64,000 nt of DNA from Williopsis jadinii (taxonomy: Eukaryota). Each line of letters begins with the position of its first letter. The first letter of the stretch is position 1. The stretch spans positions 124,001-188,000 of the forward strand of contig AP024667.1 in assembly GCA_024346625.1 (NCBI GenBank). Reading direction: 5' to 3'. This document shows positions 21,594 to 33,321 of this stretch, piece by piece. A model generated the notes under the pieces. It was given only the letters and a program-made list of their open reading frames with translations, was not told the DNA's origin and searched no databases. The position numbers were made by a program, and so were the translations under genes.

Positions 21594-24500
21594 AAACTAG
21601 CGTCTCCGTTCAATTTGGATCCGCCCGCCTGATATGGCCTTGCAGTAACCCAGCATACAATGAATTATGACAGTAGACTCGCGTATGAATATGAACTATA
21701 GAACACTCTAGTGATTGATTAATAAAATTTTAAATTTGAACCTTGAAAGTTGACCAAAGAACCTTTTATATTTAGCGAGGTATGGTCTGTTGTCATGGCA
21801 ATGCCATTCACCCAAATAATCTGCATGGATCTAACTTCAACACTCTTGATTATCGCTCATGTACAGTTGTCTATACAGCTGGAGTACATGATCATGACGC
21901 AACAATTGGTTTCTACAATAACTGGTAGTTGGATTGGAATGCTACCCACTCCAATAGAGCATGGGTTGAATAGCATGTCAGACCATAATAAGGTGAAAAG
22001 CCGGTGGAAACCAATCCATCATGGTTAGGTTTGAGAAGACTAACCTCTTTTTAATTCTGACAAACATTTGAGAGAAGCATGTCGCATGACCCTCTGCTAT
22101 TCAGCCCGACAATGGAACTTGTAAGTTGGGACCAAAATGGTCCAACTAGGGTTGTACCGATGAAACCATCACTGCTATTCAAAATTCAAGTATCGGCTTG
22201 GACAATGCATGCTGCTTAAGTGATAGCCTTGGGGGCTTACAAGAAATTTCAGTCAACAATCCATCTCTGCGGCTATGATTGGGCTTTCCACAACATTGCT
22301 GGCACATGCTTCAAATTTCCAAGAACAGCCTTAGTACTCTATTGTTTGTAAGGTTTGGGATATAATAGTTCTCTCTATACCAAGCTCAAAGTAGTGTTAA
22401 TCCCATGATTGGACAGAATGAAAGCCAAGTTTAACCTATTCTTCACGAACCTGGATATGTATCATAGTGTGCATGACGACTTTGTAACTCACCAACATTC
22501 CACATAATTGCCTATACATATTTTTCTGTTTGCAAAAGTTGGAGGTTTGTTGTAACAAAACAATACGGACATGAGTTTCAGAACTGATATCCACTGGAGT
22601 CCATGTTCGATGGGTCCAATAACAACCAGTACGAGAAGGCAACCATAAGTGCCACTAGTCATATACTATGCCTGTAGAAGCGTTAACTACTGGTTCTTGA
22701 GTCGTGATCTATTGATAGCGTCTGTCGGTTGGGATTCACCAACCGGTTCGGAATATGTCTGTACTCAACAGCCTGATTCCTACCGATTTTTTACATATCA
22801 CAAATAATGGGCGGCTATTACGCATAAAGTCACAAAAATGTTCAGCCATACATCACGTAATGTCGTATAATGGTACGTGCATACATATCTTGCCATCTCA
22901 AGTTCCGACTCCCCCAATTTCAACTCCAACGATTCAAATTCATGTGATTCCCAGTAGCGAACCCAAGTGTGATGATGATGAGCTGTTGAAGCCTCGGTAT
23001 CTAGCTAATAGTAGGTGTAGTATGCTTGGTAGCGCTTTTACTATGTTACCCGTGCCGCATGGTTCTAAAGAGGCATTTAGTCAATATTGCCGTGTTTCTA
23101 AAAAAAAGTAACTGTTTATAGTGGCAACGGATAAAAGCACATGAATAGGCCTCAACTAAGGGACGTAACCAAATGTACTTCGGCTAACATATGTTCTTCT
23201 CTTTTGGAGGCATTATACCTAGAGTGATATAAAGATTGCTGTCCTTGAGATTCAAAACGTTGGACCATTGTTTAAGAAAGGAATCCAATTAGGCTTGCAT
23301 CCCCGAAGAGAAGCAGCCATTACATATTCGCTTAGAAACTCTATTGCTCGATTCGTCATTGGATTTATTGGGGTGATAGGATGAGGTAATGATTTCTTCT
23401 GTGTCAGATTGATTGATTTCAATTTGTCGCTCTACTAACAAAATCCTCTTTAGACCCTATATTCAATGAGTGGGACAACTTTTAGTAAATACCTCATGAT
23501 TGTAACACGTTCGATATTCACATCACATAAGTCCCCATTACAATCTGGATAACTGTTACATGTCTGAAGAACATTTGCAATGAACAAGAGCAATTTTCTC
23601 TCTCCCTTCGCTGGTGACATTGACTTAACCCCAACTCATAACAGCCACTGAAATCAACTAAAAAACGCGGAGTTTTGCCATTTATACCATAGTGTACGGT
23701 CGTTTTTAGACATTATGAAATGTACAGGCCATTCTTCTCATATTCATCTTGTTTTCGGCACTTGAATTACTCTCCAGGGTTCATTGGAAACAACATGAAC
23801 GTTGTCGAACTTCAATTCAGTGCGAACCTGAAAATACAGGAAAATGCTGGAACTTTAGTTAATAAATGCTAAATCACATATTTATATCATGTTGTATTGC
23901 TTGCAGTATAGTTTACCAAGATGGACCAGATATAACTGAAACAGCGCAACTACAAGCGTTGATTTATCAATTATCTTGAAATTGCCAACAAAACGTTGTT
24001 GATACTAAGCGGGTGAAAGGCTAATATTACTCTTTAGACAACGCACATGTCCGCACTCAAAAATTAACATGTAAAAGAGACTTTTGCAGGATCGACGCTC
24101 TATGGATAAATCGTCATGATCTACAATCTGGCATTATGTTGCAAGTTTGAAGTTTGAAACCCTTCTACGAATTTAATTATACATGTAGTCCGTCATAACT
24201 TAAACTTTCGTAATGAACAGGTTTGTGAAGCGCATATGTTCAGACTATAAATTATACTCATTGGACCGTAATCGATAGTTGAAACTCCCAAAGGACCCCA
24301 AACGTGGTGGAGTCATTGACGGCATCAATGTTGACAAAAGGATGATGACCCATGCACATTATCCCTATGTACGTTAGCTCAAGTTACTTCTCAATACTTG
24401 GACATTTGTTGCTGTGGATCCTTTTTGTACATGTGTAAAGTTCTAGAACCCATCAAGATTAGGGCGTGAAAATATTACGGGAATTAGCTGGATCAGATAT

Positions 24501-26331
24501 CTAGGCACCACAGACAAAACTTTTTCCGTAACTGGATGAAGATCATTCGATTCATGAAAAGAATGATGAGTTTGACGCCTGTTATCTACATTTATGTTCA
24601 ATACATTGTGTAGAAACATTCACCGATGACATATTTGCGGTGAATGTTAATCTTTCTAATCATTGATTTCTGTACAGTTCGCCTTACCGAGTAACGTTTA
24701 GTCATTTCACAAATAATCAAAGTTCAGGTCACGGCGCGCTTACATATTATACACATGCGACACCGTAACCGCGCTTGTCATTGGTTTCGATTGTATCGAA
24801 GTGCGTGCGTAACAGGTGCGCGCTTTGTTAGGAGATTGATCATAATTATGGGCCCAAATAGAAGCCCAATCATGGTTTCCACTTAACATTAACCAAACAA
24901 ATCGCATTCTTTTAACAATGGTCATTTAATAGATGCCGCTGGTTACAACCAAAGAAGCTACAAATCACAACTCAGCATGTACTACTATCACTGAGCGGTC
25001 ATCTGTGCGACCATATCCGTGGTTAACTGGCGCGCCATAGAGACGACAGTCACATGCATATACATGCAGATCACTCGAATCATATGCAAGCACAAGCGGT
25101 AAGTACTGTGCCCCTCCATCATGGGCGTAAACTTTTATATGTGGTCATTAGTGGCCAGAGTGCTCACCATCATAAGAGTTGCATACTCTCCTATTTTAAG
25201 AAACTCTAATCTGCAGGCGAGGCCCTCAGAGGACATGGTCGGTGTAGCAGCACAGATAGTAGCACCACAGCTCAAGGAGAAAAACTGACTAACTGACTGA
25301 CCCCACGTAAAGAGGCATATTCGGATACGAAAGACTTCACTCAAGCAACTTCACTGGGCTATGGAATTGTTGGGATAGAGTCGCCCATTGGCGTTAATAG
25401 TTCATGGTGTTATTCTGTTGGAACGCAGGGAATCACATACTAAACATAAACTATCTGTTGAGCTTTGAACTCTATTGCAACTTGAAAGCGTGCCTGCTGG
25501 GGACTGACAGGTGTTGTCATGTAACAACAAACAAAAGAACAAAAAGGAAAGGAAAGAAAAACGAGCCTTAGGCGTTGACACCAAGTGGACGCAAACCAAA
25601 GTGTTAAATAATTTACACAAATCCTGCATAAGTGCAGAAAAGAAAAAGAAACTTAAAATGAAGGTGCATGACACCTATCCATACACCAAAACCACGCCGA
25701 TTCAGCACTATATGGCCACAGAACGTAACTTTACCCCCCTTTCCAAGCTTGCCTTTGTCAACGTCAGAAGAGAACGTCGTCAAGCTGAACAGAGAGGCAC
25801 AAGCTCATAGTGCATACGTACATATGCAAGTAAATAAAAGAGTTTAAAAACAATAGCATCCCTGCCCCCAACCTCCCTCGGTTTTTGCTTGCTGTATGTT
25901 CTCCCCCTACCAAAAGGCGCAAACTCTCAAAAGCAACCAAAACGTCAACTTCTTTTTTTTTGATATTTTCCCCTTCTTTAAAACATCTTATTTGGGTTCT
26001 TTTTTTTCCGTTGCTCTCTCTTTTCTGATTGTATTCAAAATCTTGAGGTCTCATCCTTTGGACAAAAGTATAGTTTAAAAGAGAATTTGAACCATTACTG
26101 ATCCTGTTTGATTTGAAACTTTTCTTCTCTTCTATTCAGGTCAATCAGATAAGTTTAAGAACGGCACTTTCTACAGTTTAGAAGGAACCTTAAATTCGGC
26201 TGGTTTTGGTGTTGATCATAATTCCGCTTTGGCACAGTTTGCGACCATAGGGGAACAAAGGACAAGAGAGGTCAAGTACCAAAATTTCAAAAGAGACAGA
26301 GGAGAGAGAGAGAGAGAGGTTCTAACACATC

Positions 26332-27780
26332 ATGCCATCCTCCTCAGAGATGATTCCTACTTTCAGAGGTTACATTGGATCCACTAAGGACGCGCTTCTT
26401 GTGATCCAAGGTGTTCTCTCTGGTCAACTTTCGGCAGTCCCCAGAAGACCCCACGATGGCGAAAGAATAGACCTTATTGCCTCGGGCAATGTCTTTGTAT
26501 TTATCGAAGAGAGATCAGGTATAAAGAGGTGGACTGACGGTGTTGCTTGGTCTCCATCGAGAATACTGGGGAGATTTCTAGTGTACAGGGAACTTGACAG
26601 ACAAGCACTCACGAATTCAAAAGAGAAGGGATCACGTTTAACGGAGAAGGCAAAGAGAAAGAGAAAAAGCAGCGGCGACTTGATTAAGGATTCCATGGGC
26701 AACGGTAGCACTCCAAGCACTGTCTCTGGTTCAAGTTCGGGGGTCCTCCTGGATGGAGATGCACAGAGACAGCCTAACCGCCAATTGGTTGGGTCTCTCA
26801 TTGCCTCCTATGCATTCAAAGAGTCTGGATTGATCAAGAAGACCATGTCCGTCACGGTGAATCGTGTAGATTCGAATCAACGTCCAAGCTCAGAGATCAT
26901 TCACTTGGTTTCGTATTATTGTGCTGATGATGTTTTGAACGGAGTGTTAGTGCGGCCATCTGATTCACCACAGTTGAAGGACTTACAATTAGCCCCAGAG
27001 CTATGGGCAGCTGTTAAGGACTCCTCGTTAGGAGGTAAGATACCAATTGAGGATGAAGCATACTACCTCATGGATAGCAACAACTCTGCTGCTTTAGGGT
27101 TCAACACACAGATGTTCCAAGGACAACCGGGACAGATGATCATGCCCCAATCGCAGGGACATTTGCCAGTTGGTGCTCCACCACCTGGTATGAATGCTGG
27201 ATTGCAGGGTCCGGCCATGTATGGCGTGCCTACCTATCCTTACCAGCCTAATGCTGGAATGCCACCATATTCGTCTCAAGGTCAACCACAGGGCCATGCG
27301 ATGTCATTTTCCCTACCACCACCACTGAACCATGGCCATGGTCATTCGAGCTCTATTGGATCAACATCTGAATACGCCAACGAGATGAACGTGGGTGGTA
27401 ATCAAGGTTCTTATCAGCAGAGGCTTTCACAGCAGTATGTTCCATATGTTCCGTTGCAAGGACCAACTGGTCAACAACAACAGCAACAGATGTCACTACC
27501 ACAGCAAGGTATTCAAGGTCAACAGCAACAGCAACCGCTGCCAGATTCTCCAACGAAAAGAGAATTTGTTCCAGCCTCATCACAAAACTACTTTCCTGCT
27601 GGAGTCGCTGGATCATCTCAAGTTCCAAGACAGGGCGATCTGAACCCTGGTGCTAACAATATAACCAATATTCCTCCAAATATGACTGGCTCACAACCGG
27701 TTCCTGGTGGCCAACCGAACAAGTGGCCTACCAGTTATGAAGAGACAGGCGGTTACTACCAGTTCCAACAACCACATTAA
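26332..27780 (+). CDS. WOR1: Gti1/Pac2 (WOPR) family transcription factor, Wor1/Mit1-like
   Basis: PTFRGYIGSTKDALLV, RRPHDGER, SGIKRWTDGVAWSPSRILGRFLVYREL, GLIKKTMS and HLVSYY; Q/P-rich C-terminus. Confidence 0.9.
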   Translation: MPSSSEMIPTFRGYIGSTKDALLVIQGVLSGQLSAVPRRPHDGERIDLIASGNVFVFIEERSGIKRWTDGVAWSPSRILGRFLVYRELDRQALTNSKEKGSRLTEKAKRKRKSSGDLIKDSMGNGSTPSTVSGSSSGVLLDGDAQRQPNRQLVGSLIASYAFKESGLIKKTMSVTVNRVDSNQRPSSEIIHLVSYYCADDVLNGVLVRPSDSPQLKDLQLAPELWAAVKDSSLGGKIPIEDEAYYLMDSNNSAALGFNTQMFQGQPGQMIMPQSQGHLPVGAPPPGMNAGLQGPAMYGVPTYPYQPNAGMPPYSSQGQPQGHAMSFSLPPPLNHGHGHSSSIGSTSEYANEMNVGGNQGSYQQRLSQQYVPYVPLQGPTGQQQQQQMSLPQQGIQGQQQQQPLPDSPTKREFVPASSQNYFPAGVAGSSQVPRQGDLNPGANNITNIPPNMTGSQPVPGGQPNKWPTSYEETGGYYQFQQPH

Positions 27781-28877
27781 GGAGATGCGTTAGTGGTGTT
27801 AAAAAATTGAAATGGGAAAAACTTGTGGACGTGATGTGTGTTAGGAAGATGACATGTCGAGCGTCGTCACGTAAAAGTGAAAAGAAGTATTATTTATTTG
27901 ATTCATTCTTTGTTGTTGCCTGCTAATTTGTTGGCTATTCTTTGTTTTTGTTCTGGTTGCTGTTAATATTCGATTGATTGAGTCGAAATTATTATATAAT
28001 GATTCTCTATGGTTTGGCATTAGTTGTTTCCACACTGGAGAGTCTACATCCACGCTGGCAGATTATTTTCGTTCTGTATTATCTTTGTTTGTCGTTTGGA
28101 GGTATGTCTGTTTCTTACCGTTTTCGTGTTTGTTCGTTTGTTTGATTTATGAATTTGGTTAAAGCTTTTCGAGCTCCTTCCTTTTCATTATACTATTTGA
28201 ATGGAGACATTGCAGGTTATTTTACGCCTGCTGTCATCTCCTATGAGGTTGGGTTTCTTCGTTTCAGTTCTCTATTGTTTGTTTTACTGAGTCTATGTTT
28301 TTAATGGATCGTTATATCAGTAATCGCTTATGCGGCCAAAGCTATGGATATTAAAGGAACGAGGATGTCATGTAGCTCTGTCTTCGCTCTAAAGCTGTAG
28401 CTGTACCTCTGAACCCCCTCCCCCCCTCACACACACACCATGCCGATTTGGGTTGGCCCTCTCGTCCAGCTAAAATCGCTAACCAGTATAATCTCATCAT
28501 GATGCTCAATGACGGTTCGAAACCATGTTTAATGATCACCATGACATTGTACAAAAGATGCCTCGCTATCCGATGTTCGGAGTTTAAGGCTTTTTAATTC
28601 CAGAGCTATGCGACATAAAAGGTGTGGGTTTTGCATTTTTTCCGGAGTTTTGAAATTAGTAGTGACGTCCTGTTTTCTGTCTCGATCATTTAAATTTTCC
28701 TGATCTTTTTCAAATTTGTCCTTTTTCCAAAGTTTATACTCTTCTCTCCGCACGCACAAAACAACTCCAATTCCTTATATTAATCCGTCCAAAAGGAATT
28801 GTCCAATCGTTAATTGAGTTAAAGATAATTGAAGAAGGACGGATCTCTAAGAGGAAAAATAAAAGAGAAGAAGACAA

Positions 28878-29831
28878 ATGACGGTTGTACCTGCTACAAG
28901 TACAGGAGCTGTACAACAAGCTTCTTCGGAAGATAGAGCACAAGATCCTCGAGTAATTGCTCTGAGTGGGGCACTCGCTGGGTTTCTCGCCGGTGTTGTT
29001 GTTTGTCCCTTGGATGTTGCAAAGACGAGACTTCAGGCCCAGGGAACGACCAATTCCATGAAATACCACGGTATTACTGGTACGCTGTCGACGATTGTCA
29101 AAGAGGAAGGAGTTCGAGGCCTGTATAGAGGTGTTGTGCCCATTGTTCTCGGTTATTTCCCAACGTGGATGATCTACTTCTCCGTTTACGAAAGGGCTAA
29201 AAGAGTGTATCCAAAGATTCTCGGTGAATATGGTATAGATAACGAATTCGTCACGCATTCTCTCTCTGCTTTCACCGCTGGCGGTGCTTCATCGATTGTG
29301 ACAAATCCTATATGGGTTGTGAAGACGAGACTTATGTTACAAACAGGTGATGGTAAGTCCACATATAATAACAAAGTGTATTATAGAGGTACGATCGACG
29401 CTTTCAAAAAGATGTACAAGAATGAAGGATTGCTGGTATTTTCCAGTGGTCTTGTTCCTTCTCTATTTGGGCTTTTCCACGTTGCGATCCATTTCCCGGT
29501 ATACGAAGAATTGAAGAAACTGTTCAAATGTGATCAGCAAGTGGATCATAGGTTACCTCGACTCATCGCAGCCAGTGCATTATCAAAGATGTGCGCATCA
29601 ACGCTGACATACCCTCACGAAATCTTGAGAACCAGAATGCAGATACGAACCATCAACAGGAACAAGCATTCCTTGATAATGACTATTGTTAAGATATGGA
29701 GGAAAGAGGGCTTCTTTGGCTTCTATTCTGGATTCACGACTAATTTAGCAAGAACTGTTCCTGCTAGTGCGGTTACTCTCGTGAGTTTCGAATACATTTC
29801 ACGATACTTTGCATGTAAGTCATTTATTTAA
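28878..29831 (+). CDS. YIA6: Mitochondrial NAD+ carrier (Yia6/Yea6, Ndt1)
   Basis: Three carrier repeats (CPLDVAKTRLQ, NPIWVVKTRLM, YPHEILRTRMQ) and GYFPTWMIYF. Confidence 0.87.
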   Translation: MTVVPATSTGAVQQASSEDRAQDPRVIALSGALAGFLAGVVVCPLDVAKTRLQAQGTTNSMKYHGITGTLSTIVKEEGVRGLYRGVVPIVLGYFPTWMIYFSVYERAKRVYPKILGEYGIDNEFVTHSLSAFTAGGASSIVTNPIWVVKTRLMLQTGDGKSTYNNKVYYRGTIDAFKKMYKNEGLLVFSSGLVPSLFGLFHVAIHFPVYEELKKLFKCDQQVDHRLPRLIAASALSKMCASTLTYPHEILRTRMQIRTINRNKHSLIMTIVKIWRKEGFFGFYSGFTTNLARTVPASAVTLVSFEYISRYFACKSFI

Positions 29832-30382
29832 AAAGGGGACAAAGGGCATTTAACTTATTTTACTTATTATTATTCTTATTTGCATTGACGATGGATGTCA
29901 TTACTTGCATACAGACAACTCCTGTCTTTGGTGCAGTGGACAAATTGATTTAAAAATGGAGAGGACAAGAAGAGACTTGAAACTAAGATCCCGTGGATAA
30001 GAAACGGCGTTCAATAAAGACAAGAAACCCTGAAATGGGAATTAGACACATATTCTTATTACATAATCACAACATGTAAATGCCAACATGATTAGATAAT
30101 CTATAGCGGTAGCCGATTAGCGCAAGCATTTGCGGTGTGGCCATCGTGATCTGTGGTGCTCCGCAAGGTGGAGAAGGAGAGAACTGTGCGCACATGTGCA
30201 TTTTGTATGATTTACAAGCTCAATGTGTTTTTTTACACAGCAGGTACGGAGATGGAAAACTTGGAGGAGCCACAGTTTGGGCACGAGGTCTATGATTTTA
30301 CACAAAAGATTCCAAAATGCCTCCCTTCCCATCAAGACATCTCCACCAAGGTTAAGGAGGAAATCTAAAAGCTGCTTGAAAC

Positions 30383-30913
30383 ATGAAGGCCTATTACATG
30401 GACGATGACGATAAGGCAGATTATCGTGAAGACCACGATTCTGGTGTATCTGTAAGCACTGATGAGCTCAACCAGCTTGGTGTGTTCTACGAAAGAATGG
30501 AGACCATGGATGAAGTGGACGAGCTTGCCAAAGAGCGCCATTACAAAAACAGGGATGAGATTGTCATTTCGCCAACATCATTTGGCTCCCCAGAGGCATT
30601 GAAGGCAAAGCTAGATGCCTTCTTCACGACACATATCCATGAGGACGAGGAGATTCGTTACATCAAGGACGGTACGGGGTTCTTTGACGTATTAAATGAA
30701 AAGAATGGTAAGTGGGTTCGTGTTCGTGTTGAGAAGAACGACCTGCTCATCGTTCCAGCCGGTATCTACCACAGATTCACCTTGGATACTTCCAATTATA
30801 TCAAAGCTGTGAGACTTTTCCAGGATGAACCTAAATGGACGCCATTGAATTTCCCTGTGAACGATAACACTTATAGAGAGACCTATTTGAAATCTATTGG
30901 TTTATCTCAATAA
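30383..30913 (+). CDS. ADI1: Acireductone dioxygenase (methionine salvage)
   Basis: Cupin metal motifs HIHEDEEIRY and VPAGIYHRFTL, plus AVRLFQDEPKW. Confidence 0.95.
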   Translation: MKAYYMDDDDKADYREDHDSGVSVSTDELNQLGVFYERMETMDEVDELAKERHYKNRDEIVISPTSFGSPEALKAKLDAFFTTHIHEDEEIRYIKDGTGFFDVLNEKNGKWVRVRVEKNDLLIVPAGIYHRFTLDTSNYIKAVRLFQDEPKWTPLNFPVNDNTYRETYLKSIGLSQ

Positions 30914-31041
30914 CTTCACCTTCACAGCTCTCAGTTCTTTTCTCCATCTTTGTTTAAGTTCTGTTTATTCGGTTTGTTACTATTTAAAGTTTGTCCGTTG
31001 TGGTCTGGTGTAGACTCTTAAATTCTGTTCGTGATTATGTA

Positions 31042-31112
31042 TCAATGGTCATGACAATGTTCGTGTTGGTCATTATCTCAATGGTCATGACCATGTTCTC
31101 GTTGTCATGATC
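31042..31112 (+). repeat. Degenerate ~36-bp tandem duplication
   Basis: TCAATGGTCATGAC(A/C)ATGTTC...GTTG(G)TCAT.ATC occurs at 31042 and 31078. Confidence 0.75.
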
Positions 31113-31276
31113 CTTGTGATGATTCCAATCTCCATAATCACGCTTGGTGCCACGCGGGATGGAAAACAAAAATACAGATCACCAGAAATTAAGCGCGTCC
31201 ACGATTTTTTAGTACCCTCAAAATCCATTAAATTGGCATTTACCTATCGCTACTAGTCTTGTTGATAAATCAGCTT

Positions 31277-33178
31277 ATGGAAGCGTTGGAGCAACACCTC
31301 TGGGATCTGTCCCATCAGTTCTATAACCAAGCCGTGCAAAACAGATCACGGGTGATTACCGTGACCCATCTCCAGGAGTACCACACACTCGTGAAGTTGA
31401 GCATTGTTTGTCTTCAAAAGATCATCAAACAAGGACATAGGGCAACTCTCAGACTCAGGATCAAGGCTTACATTCAGTGGGCACAGATTATTATCAATGA
31501 GGTAAATCTCAAAGCCTCTGATCAAAATCCAGAGGCTCTGTTGACATCAGCAATGTTCTTATGTGGTGAAATTGTTGAATTCACACATCTTAAGCTGACC
31601 GCGTTGTATACGTTGATTCAATTACAACTCGCAAATGGAGATGTTGGCCGTGCCCTTCCGATGACGACTACAACAGCATTCAAGGATTATGCACTGATGA
31701 AATTTCTCAGGTTCCAATGCCTACAACTGCTCTGTGGAAACCCCCAAGGGTTGGAAAAGGCCACTGCGGCGTTCTCTTCACTCATGAATTGTCCACAATG
31801 GAGTTCGTTGAATGAACACACAAAGAAAGCTATCAAACTATTAGGTATCGTTTTCTTCATCAATAACTCCTTGTCTGTACCGTATAGCGTCTATGAGATT
31901 GACACGTCGGATGAAAAGGACATGGATTGTTGGAAGAAGTGCATCATATCTACTTTGGAGCTCATCAATAATCAACTACAATATTCCGTAACCCTTCAAG
32001 ATTTGCAGGAGTCACTTAAGGAAGCTCATTCAGATAAGCATGTTCTTCGCGTGAATCTAGAGTTCCCTCATGACAACGGGGTCGTTACACTTAGCAGTGA
32101 GATTCAACTCATGCCATTGGTGACAACTCAATTACACCTGATACGGGCTCTGAAGTCCAGCTCAGTGAAGAGATCATTGGACACTGTATCTAATACCGAA
32201 TTTGCTTGCCAACAAGAACTGCACAAAATGTTAGCAGGAACGTACTCCTACATGAAAAGCTCTTCAATGGTGATTAGAGAGGCTCAGTCAGTCCTACAGG
32301 ATGTATATTTCTTCGAAACGCTTCTTCTCATAGGCAACAAAGGTATCTGGCCAGCAAAGTTCAATTCGGACGGCTCCAAAATCATCTTCAAACTAGATGA
32401 GTTACCAAGTTGGGACAAGATTGGCCTCACGGAGTTAGATGTCATGATAAAAGATTGTCCACGTCGTTTAAATATGTGGTCTTCGAGGATACGAGACACT
32501 CCTAGAAGAGCATTCTTGATTGCGATGTCGTTGCACTCTTTGGGGAAGGTCGTTGATGCAATAAACCGTTATATGTCATTGCTGAAAGGTATTGAGACAC
32601 ATAGGGCAACCCTGAGATGTTATGATATCTACTTTTTATCACTGTTGAACCTATACGTCTTGTTACAAGGTTTATTACGGAGGAAGATAAGAACTGGTGC
32701 TGTTGATGGAATACAACAGCTGCTTAATCTGTTGGGTTTCGTCACTCAACGGCTGGTCCAAGTTAGGAGGGTAAATCAACAATTTCACAAACCACAGCTG
32801 CTTATCACTATGACTTTGAACTGCTTGGATGCGCTATATAATCCTGGCGATGTTTACACCATGGATCAACGCAATGCCATGGTATCTTGTTATCAGAGTA
32901 CTTATATTGAAAAGCTAAAACAATACCCTCTGTTAGGAGCCATGGTCTTGTATACACAGTCTTTGACGGAGCTGAAGAATTCGGATCAGAAACAAAAATA
33001 CTCACAAGTTGCGTTCAACTTGGCTAAATTGGGCTTCTATCCACTGGTTAGGTATACAACTGGCCTATTAAACGCTTCCAATGCGAGCTCTGCGCACAAC
33101 ATAGAACAGAACGAAGTTCAAATGGAAAAGCTGAGAAGGATACAGCCAGCTATTAAAGTAATTTATAATGGGCTTTGA
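31277..33178 (+). CDS. SCC4: Cohesin loader subunit Scc4/Ssl3-like (divergent)
   Basis: The N-terminal pattern LWDLSHQFY...EYHTLVKLSIVCLQ...LRIKAYIQWAQIIINE resembles the Cohesin_load family; helical, TPR-like and about 630 aa. Confidence 0.6.
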   Translation: MEALEQHLWDLSHQFYNQAVQNRSRVITVTHLQEYHTLVKLSIVCLQKIIKQGHRATLRLRIKAYIQWAQIIINEVNLKASDQNPEALLTSAMFLCGEIVEFTHLKLTALYTLIQLQLANGDVGRALPMTTTTAFKDYALMKFLRFQCLQLLCGNPQGLEKATAAFSSLMNCPQWSSLNEHTKKAIKLLGIVFFINNSLSVPYSVYEIDTSDEKDMDCWKKCIISTLELINNQLQYSVTLQDLQESLKEAHSDKHVLRVNLEFPHDNGVVTLSSEIQLMPLVTTQLHLIRALKSSSVKRSLDTVSNTEFACQQELHKMLAGTYSYMKSSSMVIREAQSVLQDVYFFETLLLIGNKGIWPAKFNSDGSKIIFKLDELPSWDKIGLTELDVMIKDCPRRLNMWSSRIRDTPRRAFLIAMSLHSLGKVVDAINRYMSLLKGIETHRATLRCYDIYFLSLLNLYVLLQGLLRRKIRTGAVDGIQQLLNLLGFVTQRLVQVRRVNQQFHKPQLLITMTLNCLDALYNPGDVYTMDQRNAMVSCYQSTYIEKLKQYPLLGAMVLYTQSLTELKNSDQKQKYSQVAFNLAKLGFYPLVRYTTGLLNASNASSAHNIEQNEVQMEKLRRIQPAIKVIYNGL

Positions 33179-33321
33179 AGATTGAGCCATTTCATCAATT
33201 GATTACAAGAAACTACATGGCAGCCCTGTGCCCCATCAGGGCCTTTTCATTGTTGTATAATAATCTCTTTTACTAGTGTAATACTCATAATCTAGAGTGA
33301 GTGGTGTAGGTCATGTGCTGA

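Noticed and set aside
21750..23111. ORFs of 68-118 aa in the large gap as possible retrotransposon relics
   Set aside because: I could not recognise gag, integrase or RT motifs, LTR pairs or a PBS.
28460..28530. GGTTCGAAACC resembling a tRNA T-loop
   Set aside because: No A-box, acceptor stem or cloverleaf around it. The GGTTCGA matches near 12913 and 20508 fail in the same way.
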